A DNA stretch of 64,000 nucleotides from Alphaproteobacteria bacterium (GTDB lineage Bacteria; Pseudomonadota; Alphaproteobacteria; Rs-D84): contig JAGCVZ010000002.1 of the NCBI GenBank assembly GCA_017962125.1, positions 4,492-68,491 on the forward strand, in the 5' to 3' direction. The notes below the pieces were generated by a model that saw only the letters and a list, made by a program, of their open reading frames with translations, made no database searches and was not told the DNA's origin. Positions 27,144 through 37,194 of the stretch are shown piece after piece (positions within the stretch are counted from its first letter, which is position 1; every line of letters starts with the position of its first letter). Made by a program: the position numbers and the translations under genes.

Positions 27144-27797
27144 ATGAAAAAAACTTTGTTGTCTATGTTGGCTGGGGTGGCCATTGTAAATACTGCAAAT
27201 GCAGATATTAGTGTAGATAGAATGCGTGAAAGATGTTTGAAACATCCAGATAAATGGGTTTGGGTGGAACAGACACACAGGTGTGTTGATATTAATCCGT
27301 GCAAATCTGATGACCCAATAGAGGTTGATGCATATTGTAATAAGACGTTTGCAGATGTTCAGGTTGGAGAACCGATGGTTGCACATAAGCTCGTGTATAA
27401 ATATCTAAGACATGTTACGGGTATAAGAGACTATCGTACTGTTGAAGATGTGTTTGAAAAAAGATCTTGGTTTGGTCAGGATTATTATGGTTATACATTG
27501 CCAGGCGGGGGATACGTTGTTTTTGAATTTGATGATACAACCGATATTACTAATAAGGATGTACGAGATGGCACAATGGCGGCATTATGTTCTCATGTTT
27601 ATGGTGGAACGCTTGGTAAACAAGATACTTCAAAATCTTTTGAGTGTGGTGGTGTAACAGAGAATATTTGCGAAACTATTGCGACAGATCTTGAAGATTG
27701 GAATTTTGATCTTTGGGATGGTCAATATCCAATTGTAAATTGGCAATATAGTGAAGAAGATGGTGTATGTTCGGTGTATTTTAAGTACTACAGGTAA
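27144..27797 (+). CDS. Secreted Cys-rich hypothetical protein
   Basis: AGGAG RBS, MKKTLLSMLAG signal peptide, multiple Cys. Confidence 0.75.
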   Translation: MKKTLLSMLAGVAIVNTANADISVDRMRERCLKHPDKWVWVEQTHRCVDINPCKSDDPIEVDAYCNKTFADVQVGEPMVAHKLVYKYLRHVTGIRDYRTVEDVFEKRSWFGQDYYGYTLPGGGYVVFEFDDTTDITNKDVRDGTMAALCSHVYGGTLGKQDTSKSFECGGVTENICETIATDLEDWNFDLWDGQYPIVNWQYSEEDGVCSVYFKYYR

Positions 27798-27837
27798 TAT
27801 ATCTATTCCGATCCGATTTGGTGGGGCATGACATAAT

Positions 27838-27865
27838 AAAAACGGTTGCGAATGCAACCGTTTTT
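27838..27865. terminator. Bidirectional intrinsic terminator
   Basis: AAAAACGGTTGC-GAAT-GCAACCGTTTTT between convergent genes. Confidence 0.8.
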
Positions 27866-27874
27866 CACAAATCT

Positions 27875-27932
27875 CCACCTCGTCGCCGTTCGGCGCCACT
27901 CCTCCGGGGGAAGAGAACTTTTATCTCTGGAA
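27875..27932. repeat. 58-bp REP-like direct repeat, copy 2
   Basis: See 26131-26188. Confidence 0.9.
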
Positions 27933-28021
27933 TAATTTTGTAATTATAAAAATATAAAAAAACACTAACCCCTGCCTCGCCGTAGCCTTGGCGTAGGCGG
28001 GACTCACACTAACACTAATCA

Positions 28022-28900
28022 CTAATTATCAAAATCTAGTTCTTTAATCTTTTCTGCGCGGGGGGTGATTTTGCCGATGGAGGTTTGTAATTGTTCTATG
28101 TCCGTTTGGGCAAGGTTAAAGTGTTGTGAAACTTTGCCCGCGCGGTCCGCAAGGCGCGAAAGGTCCGTCAGCAACATGTCGAGTTCGTGTTTAATCTGGC
28201 CCGCAACGCGTTTGATTTTTATGTCTGACAGTACCGCGCGAATTGTGTTCAGTGTCGCCCACAATGTCGCCGGTGAAACGATAAATACTTTTTTGCGTGC
28301 GGCGTATTCTATGGCACCCGGGAATTCGCGGTGTAATGTTTCAAATATGGATTCAGATGCAATAAACATCATTGCAACCTCTGCCGTTTTGCCGGGGATA
28401 ATGTATTTTTCAGCGATTGCGTCAATATGCTTGCGAACGTCCAGTTCGAATTGCTTGCGATACATTTCCGGGTTATCATCGTTGCGCATACGGTTATATG
28501 ATTCCAGTGGAAATTTGCTGTCTATAATCATGTCGCCCGGCGGATAGGGCAGGCGGATTATGCAATCGGGCCGCACGCCTGTATCCAACACACTTTGAAA
28601 CGCGTATGTTTCGGGTGGCATAATGTCGGCGATTAAATCTTCGAGTTGTCGTTCGCCGAATGTGCCGCGTGCCTGTTTGTTCCCCATAAGGATATTTTTG
28701 AAATTCGCGATATCCGAACTGATGTTTTTAAGTTCAATTGCGTTCTGTGACAATGCACCAAGCCGTTCAGAAAGCCGTTCGCGCAGACGGGCGTTGTCTT
28801 CACGTAATGCAGACACGTCTGTTGTCGCCGGTCGCATAAGCAGCGCGCCCAGCATGATGATTATAATCGCGCACATCGCAATCAAAATATAAGTTGTCAT
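28022..28900 (-). CDS. rmuC: DNA recombination protein RmuC
   Basis: RGTFGERQLE, RPDC, IDSKFPL, KYIIPG, SPATL. Confidence 0.92.
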   Translation of the reverse strand: MTTYILIAMCAIIIIMLGALLMRPATTDVSALREDNARLRERLSERLGALSQNAIELKNISSDIANFKNILMGNKQARGTFGERQLEDLIADIMPPETYAFQSVLDTGVRPDCIIRLPYPPGDMIIDSKFPLESYNRMRNDDNPEMYRKQFELDVRKHIDAIAEKYIIPGKTAEVAMMFIASESIFETLHREFPGAIEYAARKKVFIVSPATLWATLNTIRAVLSDIKIKRVAGQIKHELDMLLTDLSRLADRAGKVSQHFNLAQTDIEQLQTSIGKITPRAEKIKELDFDN

Positions 28901-28945
28901 TTGGAATTCCTTTGTTATAATTTTTTATTATAAAAGGATTTATGT

Positions 28946-29446
28946 ATGTTGCAAATGAAACTTTGTGGCGATTTAGTACTGCGGGAGAAATGTACTCCCG
29001 TGGATACTATTACACCGGAAATTTTAGAAACGTTGGATGAAATGGTTAAGATGATGGATGAACAACATGGGGTGGGTCTTGCTGCGCCCCAGGTTGGTAT
29101 ATCAAAGCGGTTTTTGGTTATGAAAAATCCGGTCAATGATGAAGTTATCAAAATGATAAATCCAGTTATTTTATCGCGCAGTGATGAAATGGTGGTAAAA
29201 GAAGAAGGGTGTCTTTCTGTCTTGGGATCTGATGGGTTGCCGGTATTTGCTGATGTCGCACGACCGGCCAAGGTTTCTGTACAATGGACCGGTATTGATG
29301 GAAAACAAAATACTGCTAATATGTCGGGGTTTCGTGCGCGGATTGTGCAACATGAAACGGATCATTTAGATGGAATTTTGTTTATTGACTATCTGTCGCC
29401 GGTAAAGCGTGAAATGGTTATGAGCAAGGTAAGGCGCAAGAAATGA
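28946..29446 (+). CDS. def: Peptide deformylase
   Basis: GVGLAAPQ, EGCLS, QHETDHL. Confidence 0.97.
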   Translation: MLQMKLCGDLVLREKCTPVDTITPEILETLDEMVKMMDEQHGVGLAAPQVGISKRFLVMKNPVNDEVIKMINPVILSRSDEMVVKEEGCLSVLGSDGLPVFADVARPAKVSVQWTGIDGKQNTANMSGFRARIVQHETDHLDGILFIDYLSPVKREMVMSKVRRKK

Positions 29447-30246
29447 ATGTAGTACTGATGGGAACGCCCGATTTTGTTGTGCCTATTTTTGATGCGATTG
29501 CCGTGCGGCATAATGTTATCGCGGTCTTTACGCGTGCGCCAAAGCCCGTCGGGCGAAAGCATGTTATTACAAAATCACCGGTGCATGTATGGGCGGAATC
29601 GCGTGGGTTGCCTGTTTATCATAAACCGAGCGAATATAATTTTAAGCCCGATATGGTATTTGTTGCGGCGTATGGTGCGATATTGCGTGATAATGTTTTG
29701 AATTCGGCGCCCTGTGTAAATTTGCACCCAAGTTTGTTGCCACTGTATCGTGGTCCTTCGCCGATTATAACCGCAATTAAAAATGGTGATACGGAAAGCG
29801 GTGTTTGTTTGATGAAAATGGTGGCGGAACTGGACGCGGGTGATATTTTAATGTGTCGCAAGTTTGAAATCGGTATTGACGATACGACCGATACGGTGGA
29901 ACAAAAGGTTTCTAAAATCGGTGCCGATATGATCTTGGAATATATGGAAAATCCGGAAAAATACAGGGCCGTTCCGCAAAGTGGAAAAATCGTCTATACG
30001 GCGAAAACCGGCGTATACGACGAAATCATTGATTGGAAAAAATCGCCGATTGAGATTCATAATTTGGTGCGCGCGCTTGGTGGTGGCCGGACAAAAATAA
30101 ACGGCATTGATGTCAAGATTTTAAAGACAAAAATGAATGGGGATAAGTTAGAGATTTTAACAATTCAGCCGGTGGGCAAAAAACAAATGGATTGGAAAAG
30201 TTTTGTAAATGGTTTGCATGGTGCAGAGATAAAATACGGAGAATAA
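29443..30246 (+). CDS. fmt: Methionyl-tRNA formyltransferase
   Basis: MGTPDF, NLHPSLLP.YRG, LDAGD. Confidence 0.95.
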   Translation: MNVVLMGTPDFVVPIFDAIAVRHNVIAVFTRAPKPVGRKHVITKSPVHVWAESRGLPVYHKPSEYNFKPDMVFVAAYGAILRDNVLNSAPCVNLHPSLLPLYRGPSPIITAIKNGDTESGVCLMKMVAELDAGDILMCRKFEIGIDDTTDTVEQKVSKIGADMILEYMENPEKYRAVPQSGKIVYTAKTGVYDEIIDWKKSPIEIHNLVRALGGGRTKINGIDVKILKTKMNGDKLEILTIQPVGKKQMDWKSFVNGLHGAEIKYGE

Positions 30247-30248
30247 AG

Positions 30249-30536
30249 ATGAGTGATGAACGGGAATATGATACTTATTGTACATATAAAAACACAATGG
30301 TTGCGAAATCAGAATATAATCAAAGTGGCGCTTTTACTCATATTAGTCAAAATGGGGTTGGGGTGGTTATTGGTTCAAAGACTCCTTGCAGGTGTGTTGA
30401 TTGTTTGCAAACAGATCATAGTAAATGCGAAGAGTGTGATTGGCCCAAGCAGTTAGAACAAGAATTTGCAAAATCTTTGTCAAATAGGTGCATGGGGTGT
30501 ATGGCGCAATATAAGAAAAATGGTTATTTGAGATAA
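30249..30536 (+). CDS. Small Cys-rich hypothetical protein
   Basis: GGAG RBS; CRCVDC, CEEC, CMGC. Confidence 0.6.
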   Translation: MSDEREYDTYCTYKNTMVAKSEYNQSGAFTHISQNGVGVVIGSKTPCRCVDCLQTDHSKCEECDWPKQLEQEFAKSLSNRCMGCMAQYKKNGYLR

Positions 30537-30552
30537 AGTTTGGAGAATAAAG

Positions 30553-30750
30553 ATGTGTAAAGATACAGAAATTTGTTTTTATTGTGAACGTTTCTTTTGT
30601 ACCGACTATCATCATCCGCGTACTCGTATGGTTTGTTCTGGAATTTTACCACAATGGGAATGGTTATGGTTTTTGATGAAGAATGTGAAAGCAACCGATA
30701 CTTGTAATAGATTTAAATTGCATAATATATACAAACAGAAAGAAAAATGA
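30553..30750 (+). CDS. Small Cys-rich hypothetical protein
   Basis: GGAG RBS; CFYC..FC; overlaps truA start. Confidence 0.55.
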   Translation: MCKDTEICFYCERFFCTDYHHPRTRMVCSGILPQWEWLWFLMKNVKATDTCNRFKLHNIYKQKEK

Positions 30751-31490
30751 TGCGATATAAAGTTATTCTTGAATACGATGGAACGGATTTGATAGGGTGG
30801 CAGGAAAACCGCCAGGGGCCGTCTGTTCAATCTTTGTTAAAGGACGCGATTGAAAAGTTTTGTGGTGCGCGTCCAGATGTTGTTGGGGCAGGGCGGACGG
30901 ATGCGGGTGTGCATGCGGTTGCAATGGTTGCGCATTTCGATTTGAATTCTGATGCAGATGCAAATACGGTTATGCGGGCGATAAATTTCTATCTGAATGA
31001 TGCACCGGTTTCGGTTTTGGATTGTGAGATTGTGTCCGATGATTTTAATGCACGTTTTTCATGTGTTATGCGGCACTATAAATATATAGTTCTAAATCGT
31101 TCTGCACCGCCGGTGTTGGATAAAAATCGTGCATGGTGGGTGCCGCGTAAATTAAACATTAAGAAAATGCGTGATGCGGCAAAATTATTGCTTGGTAAAC
31201 ATGATTTTACATCATTTCGTGCATCGCAATGTCAGGCTAAAAGTCCGATAAAAAACCTTGATTGTTGCCGTATAGAACAAAAAGATGATTTGGTTGTTTT
31301 TGATTTTTCAGCGCGTTCTTTTTTGCATCATCAGGTTCGAAATATGGTTGGAACACTGGTTGAAATTGGCATTGGTGCGGATTACGACATAAATGAAATC
31401 TTTGCGGCACGTGACCGTTCGGCGGCTGGTGCAACTGCGCCAGCATGTGGGCTTTATTTTATTCAGGCCGATTATGCCATGGGCGATTAG
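30747..31490 (+). CDS. truA: tRNA pseudouridine(38-40) synthase
   Basis: YDGT, GRTDAGVHA, GKHDFTSF, FLHHQVRNMVG. Confidence 0.97.
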   Translation: MMRYKVILEYDGTDLIGWQENRQGPSVQSLLKDAIEKFCGARPDVVGAGRTDAGVHAVAMVAHFDLNSDADANTVMRAINFYLNDAPVSVLDCEIVSDDFNARFSCVMRHYKYIVLNRSAPPVLDKNRAWWVPRKLNIKKMRDAAKLLLGKHDFTSFRASQCQAKSPIKNLDCCRIEQKDDLVVFDFSARSFLHHQVRNMVGTLVEIGIGADYDINEIFAARDRSAAGATAPACGLYFIQADYAMGD

Positions 31491-33390
31491 ACGGAATTTG
31501 AATCATTTTTCCGGATTTGTATATCACTCCGCCGTTTCGTATAATTTTATCAGGACATTTTTCAGAATTTATATCAAAGTTTGATGCAATATATTTTATG
31601 CGTGGGTTTTCGCAGGCTGTCAAAAAGTTTTTAGAAAGTGATACAAAATTTTTGAAATAAACGATGTCAAAATCTTTTGCTAAAATCGTGTATACGCCGG
31701 ATTCTGCTGTAAAGCGTAAATTTTCTGTGCCTGGTTGTTCGCCATTAAATTTCTTCCAATTATCAAATGTAAAATAATTTCCACTGTCGTGCGATTTATT
31801 GAATTTTAGTTTTCCATTGATTGGTGTTGCGATAAGTTTATGATCAGAACTGATATAAAAAATTGGTTTTGGGGTTGTCGCACAGATTATTATTCCTGTG
31901 CTGATGAATAAAATTGCGCCAAGTGGTCCAACGTGTCTTGCAAAAAAGTTTTTGAAAGAATCGATATCTTTAATAAATAGTAAACATGCGAAACCTAATG
32001 TTATTAGTATAATTGCAGAATTAGGTATATTACCAATAGTTATGTTGGAATACGGAATTTGTGATAATTTTTCAGCCATGATGTATGCTTTGTTGTACAA
32101 TATATGTACGAATTCCAATGGCGCATGGATACCAATTATGGCACCTGGTGTACCGATAATCACAAGTGGCATTATGATAAAAGAGAATATCGGAAGAAAG
32201 ATAAGATTACCCATTATCCCATAAATTGGTATTGTGCCGAAGTGCGAAATTATAAATGGTGCGGTGAACATTGTTGCCACCAATGCAGTTAAAACTGCTG
32301 TATAGATGTATTTTATAATTTTGGAATTTGGGGTTTTTGGATTTATGTTTTGCCATAACCAAATGATACCATATATTGCCGCAAAAGATAATTGAAACCC
32401 TGCTGTTATTACATAATACGGATTGATAAATATGATTGTAAAAAATGCCAAACTTGCCATACGAAACGATATAGCATTACGTCCAAGTATAAAAGCTGTT
32501 ATGACAAGGGTCGCCATTATAAAGGCTCTAATTGTTGCCACACCACCACCAGATATAAATACATAAACAAGCAAACCGGTCCAACTGCAAACAAGTGCGG
32601 GACTGCGCGCGGGAATATGCCTTACTAGTGACGGAAATAATCTTAATATGAAATAAAATAATATAAACAACCATCCGCCGATAAGTGTCATATGATAACC
32701 GCTTATTGACCAAATGTGTGCCATGCCATTTGTTGCCCAAATTTCGCGATGACCGTTTGGCAGGGCGTTTTTATATCCAAGGACAAGGCTATCGGTTAGA
32801 AAAGATTTTGATAAATTGTGTATTTTATGACGAATGTTGTATACGCCAGAATCCGCTGTATAGATGATTTTTATATTTTGTAAATAGCCAGTTGCAGTAA
32901 TGTTCTTGAAATACATATGTCGTGCAAAATCAAATCCATGTGGTGTATCTGCCGGTTTTGGTTTGAATAAGCCACCATTTCCAGATATTACGTCACCAAT
33001 TTTTATATTTATTGTATCTGTTGTTGATACGCGTATGTTTCCAAACTTTTTTGTTTGTAAATATATCTTGGTCTTTTCACCAGTTGTTTCAATATCGTTG
33101 ACGATTCCTTGTATTTCAATTTCATGAATATCGTGATGTAGCACAGGTGTGTTTTTTATGTGTGTGTATATTCCCGCATATCCAAAACCAGTAATAAAAC
33201 ACGCAATAAGTGCTAAAATTGGTGATTTTCGAAATGTAATAATTGCGGTTATACCAAGTACGAATAATAAAATTAGCAGAATTATGTTTGGTTCGTTATA
33301 TTGTGAAAAATAAAGACCAACGCCAAACGCCACTATGATAGGCGCCCAAAATAACGTGTTTAATTTTTGTGCTTTTATAAATTTTTGCAT
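31459..33390 (-). CDS. comEC: ComEC/Rec2 competence protein
   Basis: FDFAR, GMAHIWSISGYHM, RAFIM, GFQLSF. Confidence 0.9.
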   Translation of the reverse strand: MQKFIKAQKLNTLFWAPIIVAFGVGLYFSQYNEPNIILLILLFVLGITAIITFRKSPILALIACFITGFGYAGIYTHIKNTPVLHHDIHEIEIQGIVNDIETTGEKTKIYLQTKKFGNIRVSTTDTINIKIGDVISGNGGLFKPKPADTPHGFDFARHMYFKNITATGYLQNIKIIYTADSGVYNIRHKIHNLSKSFLTDSLVLGYKNALPNGHREIWATNGMAHIWSISGYHMTLIGGWLFILFYFILRLFPSLVRHIPARSPALVCSWTGLLVYVFISGGGVATIRAFIMATLVITAFILGRNAISFRMASLAFFTIIFINPYYVITAGFQLSFAAIYGIIWLWQNINPKTPNSKIIKYIYTAVLTALVATMFTAPFIISHFGTIPIYGIMGNLIFLPIFSFIIMPLVIIGTPGAIIGIHAPLEFVHILYNKAYIMAEKLSQIPYSNITIGNIPNSAIILITLGFACLLFIKDIDSFKNFFARHVGPLGAILFISTGIIICATTPKPIFYISSDHKLIATPINGKLKFNKSHDSGNYFTFDNWKKFNGEQPGTENLRFTAESGVYTILAKDFDIVYFKNFVSLSKNFLTACENPRIKYIASNFDINSEKCPDKIIRNGGVIYKSGKMIQIPSNRPWHNRPE

Positions 33391-33569
33391 ACCCAAACAT
33401 AAAAACTCTTGTTCGTAGTTATTTCTATTTAAACCGTTTTACCGGTTCTTTCGTGTAATAACAAAACCATAACCGGTTGCCATGTAGCAGAAGAGGGTTA
33501 TCAATATAACGAAACTATGGCAGACTAGAAATGGTCAGTGTTTTTGGTAAAACTTTGCGTACGGTTAAA

Positions 33570-33818
33570 TTATAAACCAAGTGCATTACGATACATCTTG
33601 GTCAATTCATCCGTTTCATCAAGTTCGTCTGGGTCCATTTTGCGTAAACGAATCATTTGGCGAATATATTTTGGGTCATACCCCACAGATTTTGCTTCGG
33701 CAAAGATTTCTTTGATGTCCGCAGCGATTGCCGCACTATCTTCATTTAATTTTTCGATTCGTTCGATAATTCCAAGTAATTGCTGATTATCGAAACTTCC
33801 ATGATTTGCATTTTTCAT
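33570..33818 (-). CDS. DUF2312 / GapR-like nucleoid-associated protein
   Basis: IIERIEKL.E...DIKEIFAEAKSVGYD...LRK...Y..ALG. Confidence 0.88.
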   Translation of the reverse strand: MKNANHGSFDNQQLLGIIERIEKLNEDSAAIAADIKEIFAEAKSVGYDPKYIRQMIRLRKMDPDELDETDELTKMYRNALGL

Positions 33819-33896
33819 TTATGTTTTCCCCTTGTTAAAGTGACTTTTTTATGATATACAATAAAACATAAAAATCAACTAGAGAGATTGTAAAAT

Positions 33897-35267
33897 ATGA
33901 CAAGATTTACAAAAATAACCGCATCTATTGGTCCAAGTTGTGAAAGTGTCGCTATTTTGCGCAAAATGATTCTGATGGGTGTGAATGTATGCCGTATGAA
34001 TTTTAGTCATGATACTGGCCAAGAACAGGGTAAAAAGGTAGATGCTATTCGCAAGATATCCAAAGAATTACAAACGCCGGTTGCTGTTTTGATAGATTTG
34101 CAAGGTCCAAAGCATCGAATCGGTAATTTTAAGACCGAAGAGAAATATCCATTAACTCCTGGACAGGCTTTTACTTTTGATTCTAACCCAGAGCCAGGAA
34201 ATTCCGAACGCGTTTATTTGCCTGATACTGATGTTATGCGTTCGTTACATGTAGGTGAAAGAATACTGTTGAATGACGGTAAAATAGAAATGCAAGTTAC
34301 TGATGTTTTACCGGATGCAATAAAAACAAAAGTTATTCGTGGAACAGAAATTTGGTCGCGGCGGGGATTTAATTTACCAGATACCTATGTTGATACGTCT
34401 GTGTTAACAGACAAGGATAAAACGGATTTGGAATATGCGCTCACTAAAAATCCTGATTGGGTCGCAGTTTCTTTTGTACAGCGCGCCGAAGATATTTCTG
34501 AGGTTCGTGATTTTATTACGGCGCACACCGCACGACCAGTTAAAATAATGGCTAAGATAGAGCGAAAAACTGCTGTTGAACAGATTGATGAAATAGCGAT
34601 GGCGGCGGATGGAATAATGATTGCGCGTGGTGATATGGCTGTGGAATTGCCTTATGAACAAGTCCCCGCAATATCGCGACATATCATTCGTGAATGTCGC
34701 AGATTGAATCGGCCCGTGGTTATGGCAACTCAGATGTTAGGTTCAATGGTTGAAAGCGAATTCCCGACACGTGCAGAAATAAGTGATGTTGCTAATGCCG
34801 CTTATTTGCGAGTGGATTCTACTATGACATCCGAAGAAACAACAATTGGTGCAAACCCATTAAATGTTGTTGAAACAATGTCCAAGATATTAAGTTTCTC
34901 GGATGAAGATGCGGTAAAAAATGCAAATGATTGGGTGCGGTCCGAAGAGTCCGGTGAAAATGACTGGTCACGTTCTGTATCATCAATGGCATATTTAAAT
35001 AAAGCAAGTGCGATTATCGTATTTTCGCGTGATACTGAATCTGCAGTGAAAATTTCTTGTCGTCGCCCAGACACGAGAATAATTGCAGTGTGTGATAGCG
35101 AAATTGTTGCAAATCAATTATGCCTGATGCGTGGTGTATTTCCGCTCTATACGCCGGATTTGTTCGCACAGCGTGATTATGTGACGGTGGCGCACAATGT
35201 CGGAATTGAACATGGAAACATCGTTATCGTTGACGGTGAAAATGTAAGTTTACAAAACCTTGATTAA
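33897..35267 (+). CDS. pyk: Pyruvate kinase
   Basis: TKITASIGP, RMNFSH, DLQGPK, AKIE, MIARGDM, ATQML, PTRAEISD. Confidence 0.95.
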   Translation: MTRFTKITASIGPSCESVAILRKMILMGVNVCRMNFSHDTGQEQGKKVDAIRKISKELQTPVAVLIDLQGPKHRIGNFKTEEKYPLTPGQAFTFDSNPEPGNSERVYLPDTDVMRSLHVGERILLNDGKIEMQVTDVLPDAIKTKVIRGTEIWSRRGFNLPDTYVDTSVLTDKDKTDLEYALTKNPDWVAVSFVQRAEDISEVRDFITAHTARPVKIMAKIERKTAVEQIDEIAMAADGIMIARGDMAVELPYEQVPAISRHIIRECRRLNRPVVMATQMLGSMVESEFPTRAEISDVANAAYLRVDSTMTSEETTIGANPLNVVETMSKILSFSDEDAVKNANDWVRSEESGENDWSRSVSSMAYLNKASAIIVFSRDTESAVKISCRRPDTRIIAVCDSEIVANQLCLMRGVFPLYTPDLFAQRDYVTVAHNVGIEHGNIVIVDGENVSLQNLD

Positions 35268-35269
35268 TA

Positions 35270-35518
35270 TCACTTTACGATTGGTGGGAAACAATCGTCG
35301 GTTCCTTCGGGACAACAATTCCACCCTTGGTCGCCCATGTCTGTATATGTCTCCCCAGGACAACAACCATGCGAATCAGGTTCAAGGTTATCTTTGCACA
35401 TAATTTTTTCCGCGGTATATAAACCTAAAACATCATGATTCATTATATATATTGTTGTAAACGCAGTAGCAATACAGGTTATTATGCATGCAATCAATAT
35501 CTGATATTTGGTTTTCAT
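35270..35518 (-). CDS. Small membrane-anchored Cys-rich protein
   Basis: TM helix plus GCCPGE...CCP....CFPPI, similar to the C-terminus of 8885-9532. Confidence 0.7.
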   Translation of the reverse strand: MKTKYQILIACIITCIATAFTTIYIMNHDVLGLYTAEKIMCKDNLEPDSHGCCPGETYTDMGDQGWNCCPEGTDDCFPPIVK

Positions 35519-35538
35519 TTTTTGTCCTTTGGTTTATA

Positions 35539-37158
35539 TTACTCTGTGACTTCAACAGAATCAATGTATGTCCGGCTTATGTTATCAAGCGGTACCGGTT
35601 GATAGTCTTCGGATGTTATAGAATCTGTATCATTTATTGGCAACACAGTTGTTGTATGAAACAGTATTTCATTATTATTTCTTTCCTCGGAATGATTCAC
35701 ACCATACGTTTTTGAGCGGTATTTGCTTTTGAAACGGTCTGGAATTTTAATGTAATCAAGTGGATTGATGCCGTCAGAACTTAAAGGAATGTTTTCTATT
35801 GCAGAGGTGTATGTTCCGCTGGTTTTGTATATTGGTATTGTAAAAGAAGTTGCTTCGGGACGTGCAACAGATGCTGTCCCGTCACCATTTAATCGCATGA
35901 TGCGCAACGCACGTTCATTTGTTCCGTCATTATGTAACCTGAATAATCCGTTTATCCCCATATAACCACTTGGGTTTGTTAAATGATTATGTTGGTCGTT
36001 TCTTGAATAAAGTGTGCCTATGGCTAATATCGTCGATTCGTATCCGATTGTTGACATACGTGTTGGAAGGTTTCCTGTGGTAATTGAATATACGTTTTTA
36101 AAATCTTCTGGAATCTCGGGCAGTGTTGCATACATAGCCCCCATCATTGTTAAATCGGATGCTATATCTGTTTCTTCCCATAATGGGGTTCCGTAAAACT
36201 TTGCATCACGAGTACCAACCCCGTAATAGCGTAAAAACGATGCCATGGACTTTGTATCGTTTCCGTCACCAAGGAACAAAATAGAATCATATGGTAAATC
36301 GCCTAATGTATCGACCCTGTTCAAATTTTCAAGTTGGTGTGATAGAGAATATTTTTCCGGGGCACTTAGATTTTCATGATTAAGTATCGCAGATAAAATT
36401 TCTTTGCCGCGTGTATTTGCCGCACTTCGTGCCTTGTACATTGATGCATCCAAAGCAGCCGATTTTATAGAATCCGTATCACGTTCAGTATAATAAAATA
36501 TTCCAACATTATTCATATCATAAAAATCCGCCATTGCATTTGCAACGTTTGCCATAATTGGTCCAGAAGCATTATTGGGCGCAATGGTAATAAATTTCTT
36601 GCCACCAGTTTGGGACATTTCTTTGACTATTGTTTCTATGATATTTGATGGCATAACAGCCATACTTATTATCCCATCACCAACCGCCGATACATCAGAT
36701 GTGAAAGACAAGGCTGGTGTGGAAGAGTTTTTCTTGTCGCGTAATAATTTTGCACTATCAGCGAAAACAGGTCCGATAATCATCTCTGGATTTGAACTGA
36801 TTACACGGTCAATCGTTTCATCCAAATTCCCGTTACCTGTATCATAAAAATTTATTTGTAAACCATCAGGTGCGAATCGCATAGCGGCGGTTTCTATTCC
36901 AAGACGAATCGATTTGCCTGTTTTTGCGTTTGGGCCACTGGTCGGAATTAAAACGGCAATACTGTGTGCGGTATCGGATTGTGTCCCGTACATTCCGAGA
37001 AAATCCGTTCCGTATTGAAGCCTTGTTGGTGCGGATACTGGACCATTTGGTTCTTCTGAGCGCCACACAGAACCCTTGTTGCCGTGACACGACGAAAGCA
37101 GTATCGCGAGGCATGTGAACTTTAAAATCTGTTTTATAATATGCATTGAAAAATCCAT
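35539..37158 (-). CDS. Penicillin-binding protein activator (LpoA/LppC-like) lipoprotein
   Basis: Lipobox LSSC, IAVLIPTSG, IIGPVFA, GINGLFRL..DG.NER.L; divergent from rsmI. Confidence 0.8.
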   Translation of the reverse strand: MDFSMHIIKQILKFTCLAILLSSCHGNKGSVWRSEEPNGPVSAPTRLQYGTDFLGMYGTQSDTAHSIAVLIPTSGPNAKTGKSIRLGIETAAMRFAPDGLQINFYDTGNGNLDETIDRVISSNPEMIIGPVFADSAKLLRDKKNSSTPALSFTSDVSAVGDGIISMAVMPSNIIETIVKEMSQTGGKKFITIAPNNASGPIMANVANAMADFYDMNNVGIFYYTERDTDSIKSAALDASMYKARSAANTRGKEILSAILNHENLSAPEKYSLSHQLENLNRVDTLGDLPYDSILFLGDGNDTKSMASFLRYYGVGTRDAKFYGTPLWEETDIASDLTMMGAMYATLPEIPEDFKNVYSITTGNLPTRMSTIGYESTILAIGTLYSRNDQHNHLTNPSGYMGINGLFRLHNDGTNERALRIMRLNGDGTASVARPEATSFTIPIYKTSGTYTSAIENIPLSSDGINPLDYIKIPDRFKSKYRSKTYGVNHSEERNNNEILFHTTTVLPINDTDSITSEDYQPVPLDNISRTYIDSVEVTE

Positions 37159-37194
37159 TTTATTCTGTATTATTTTACTACAAAGGATTCAGAA

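Noticed and set aside
33484-33520. Hammerhead ribozyme (CAGAAGA...GAAA)
   Set aside because: The core deviates from CUGANGA and the topology is a two-way rather than three-way junction.
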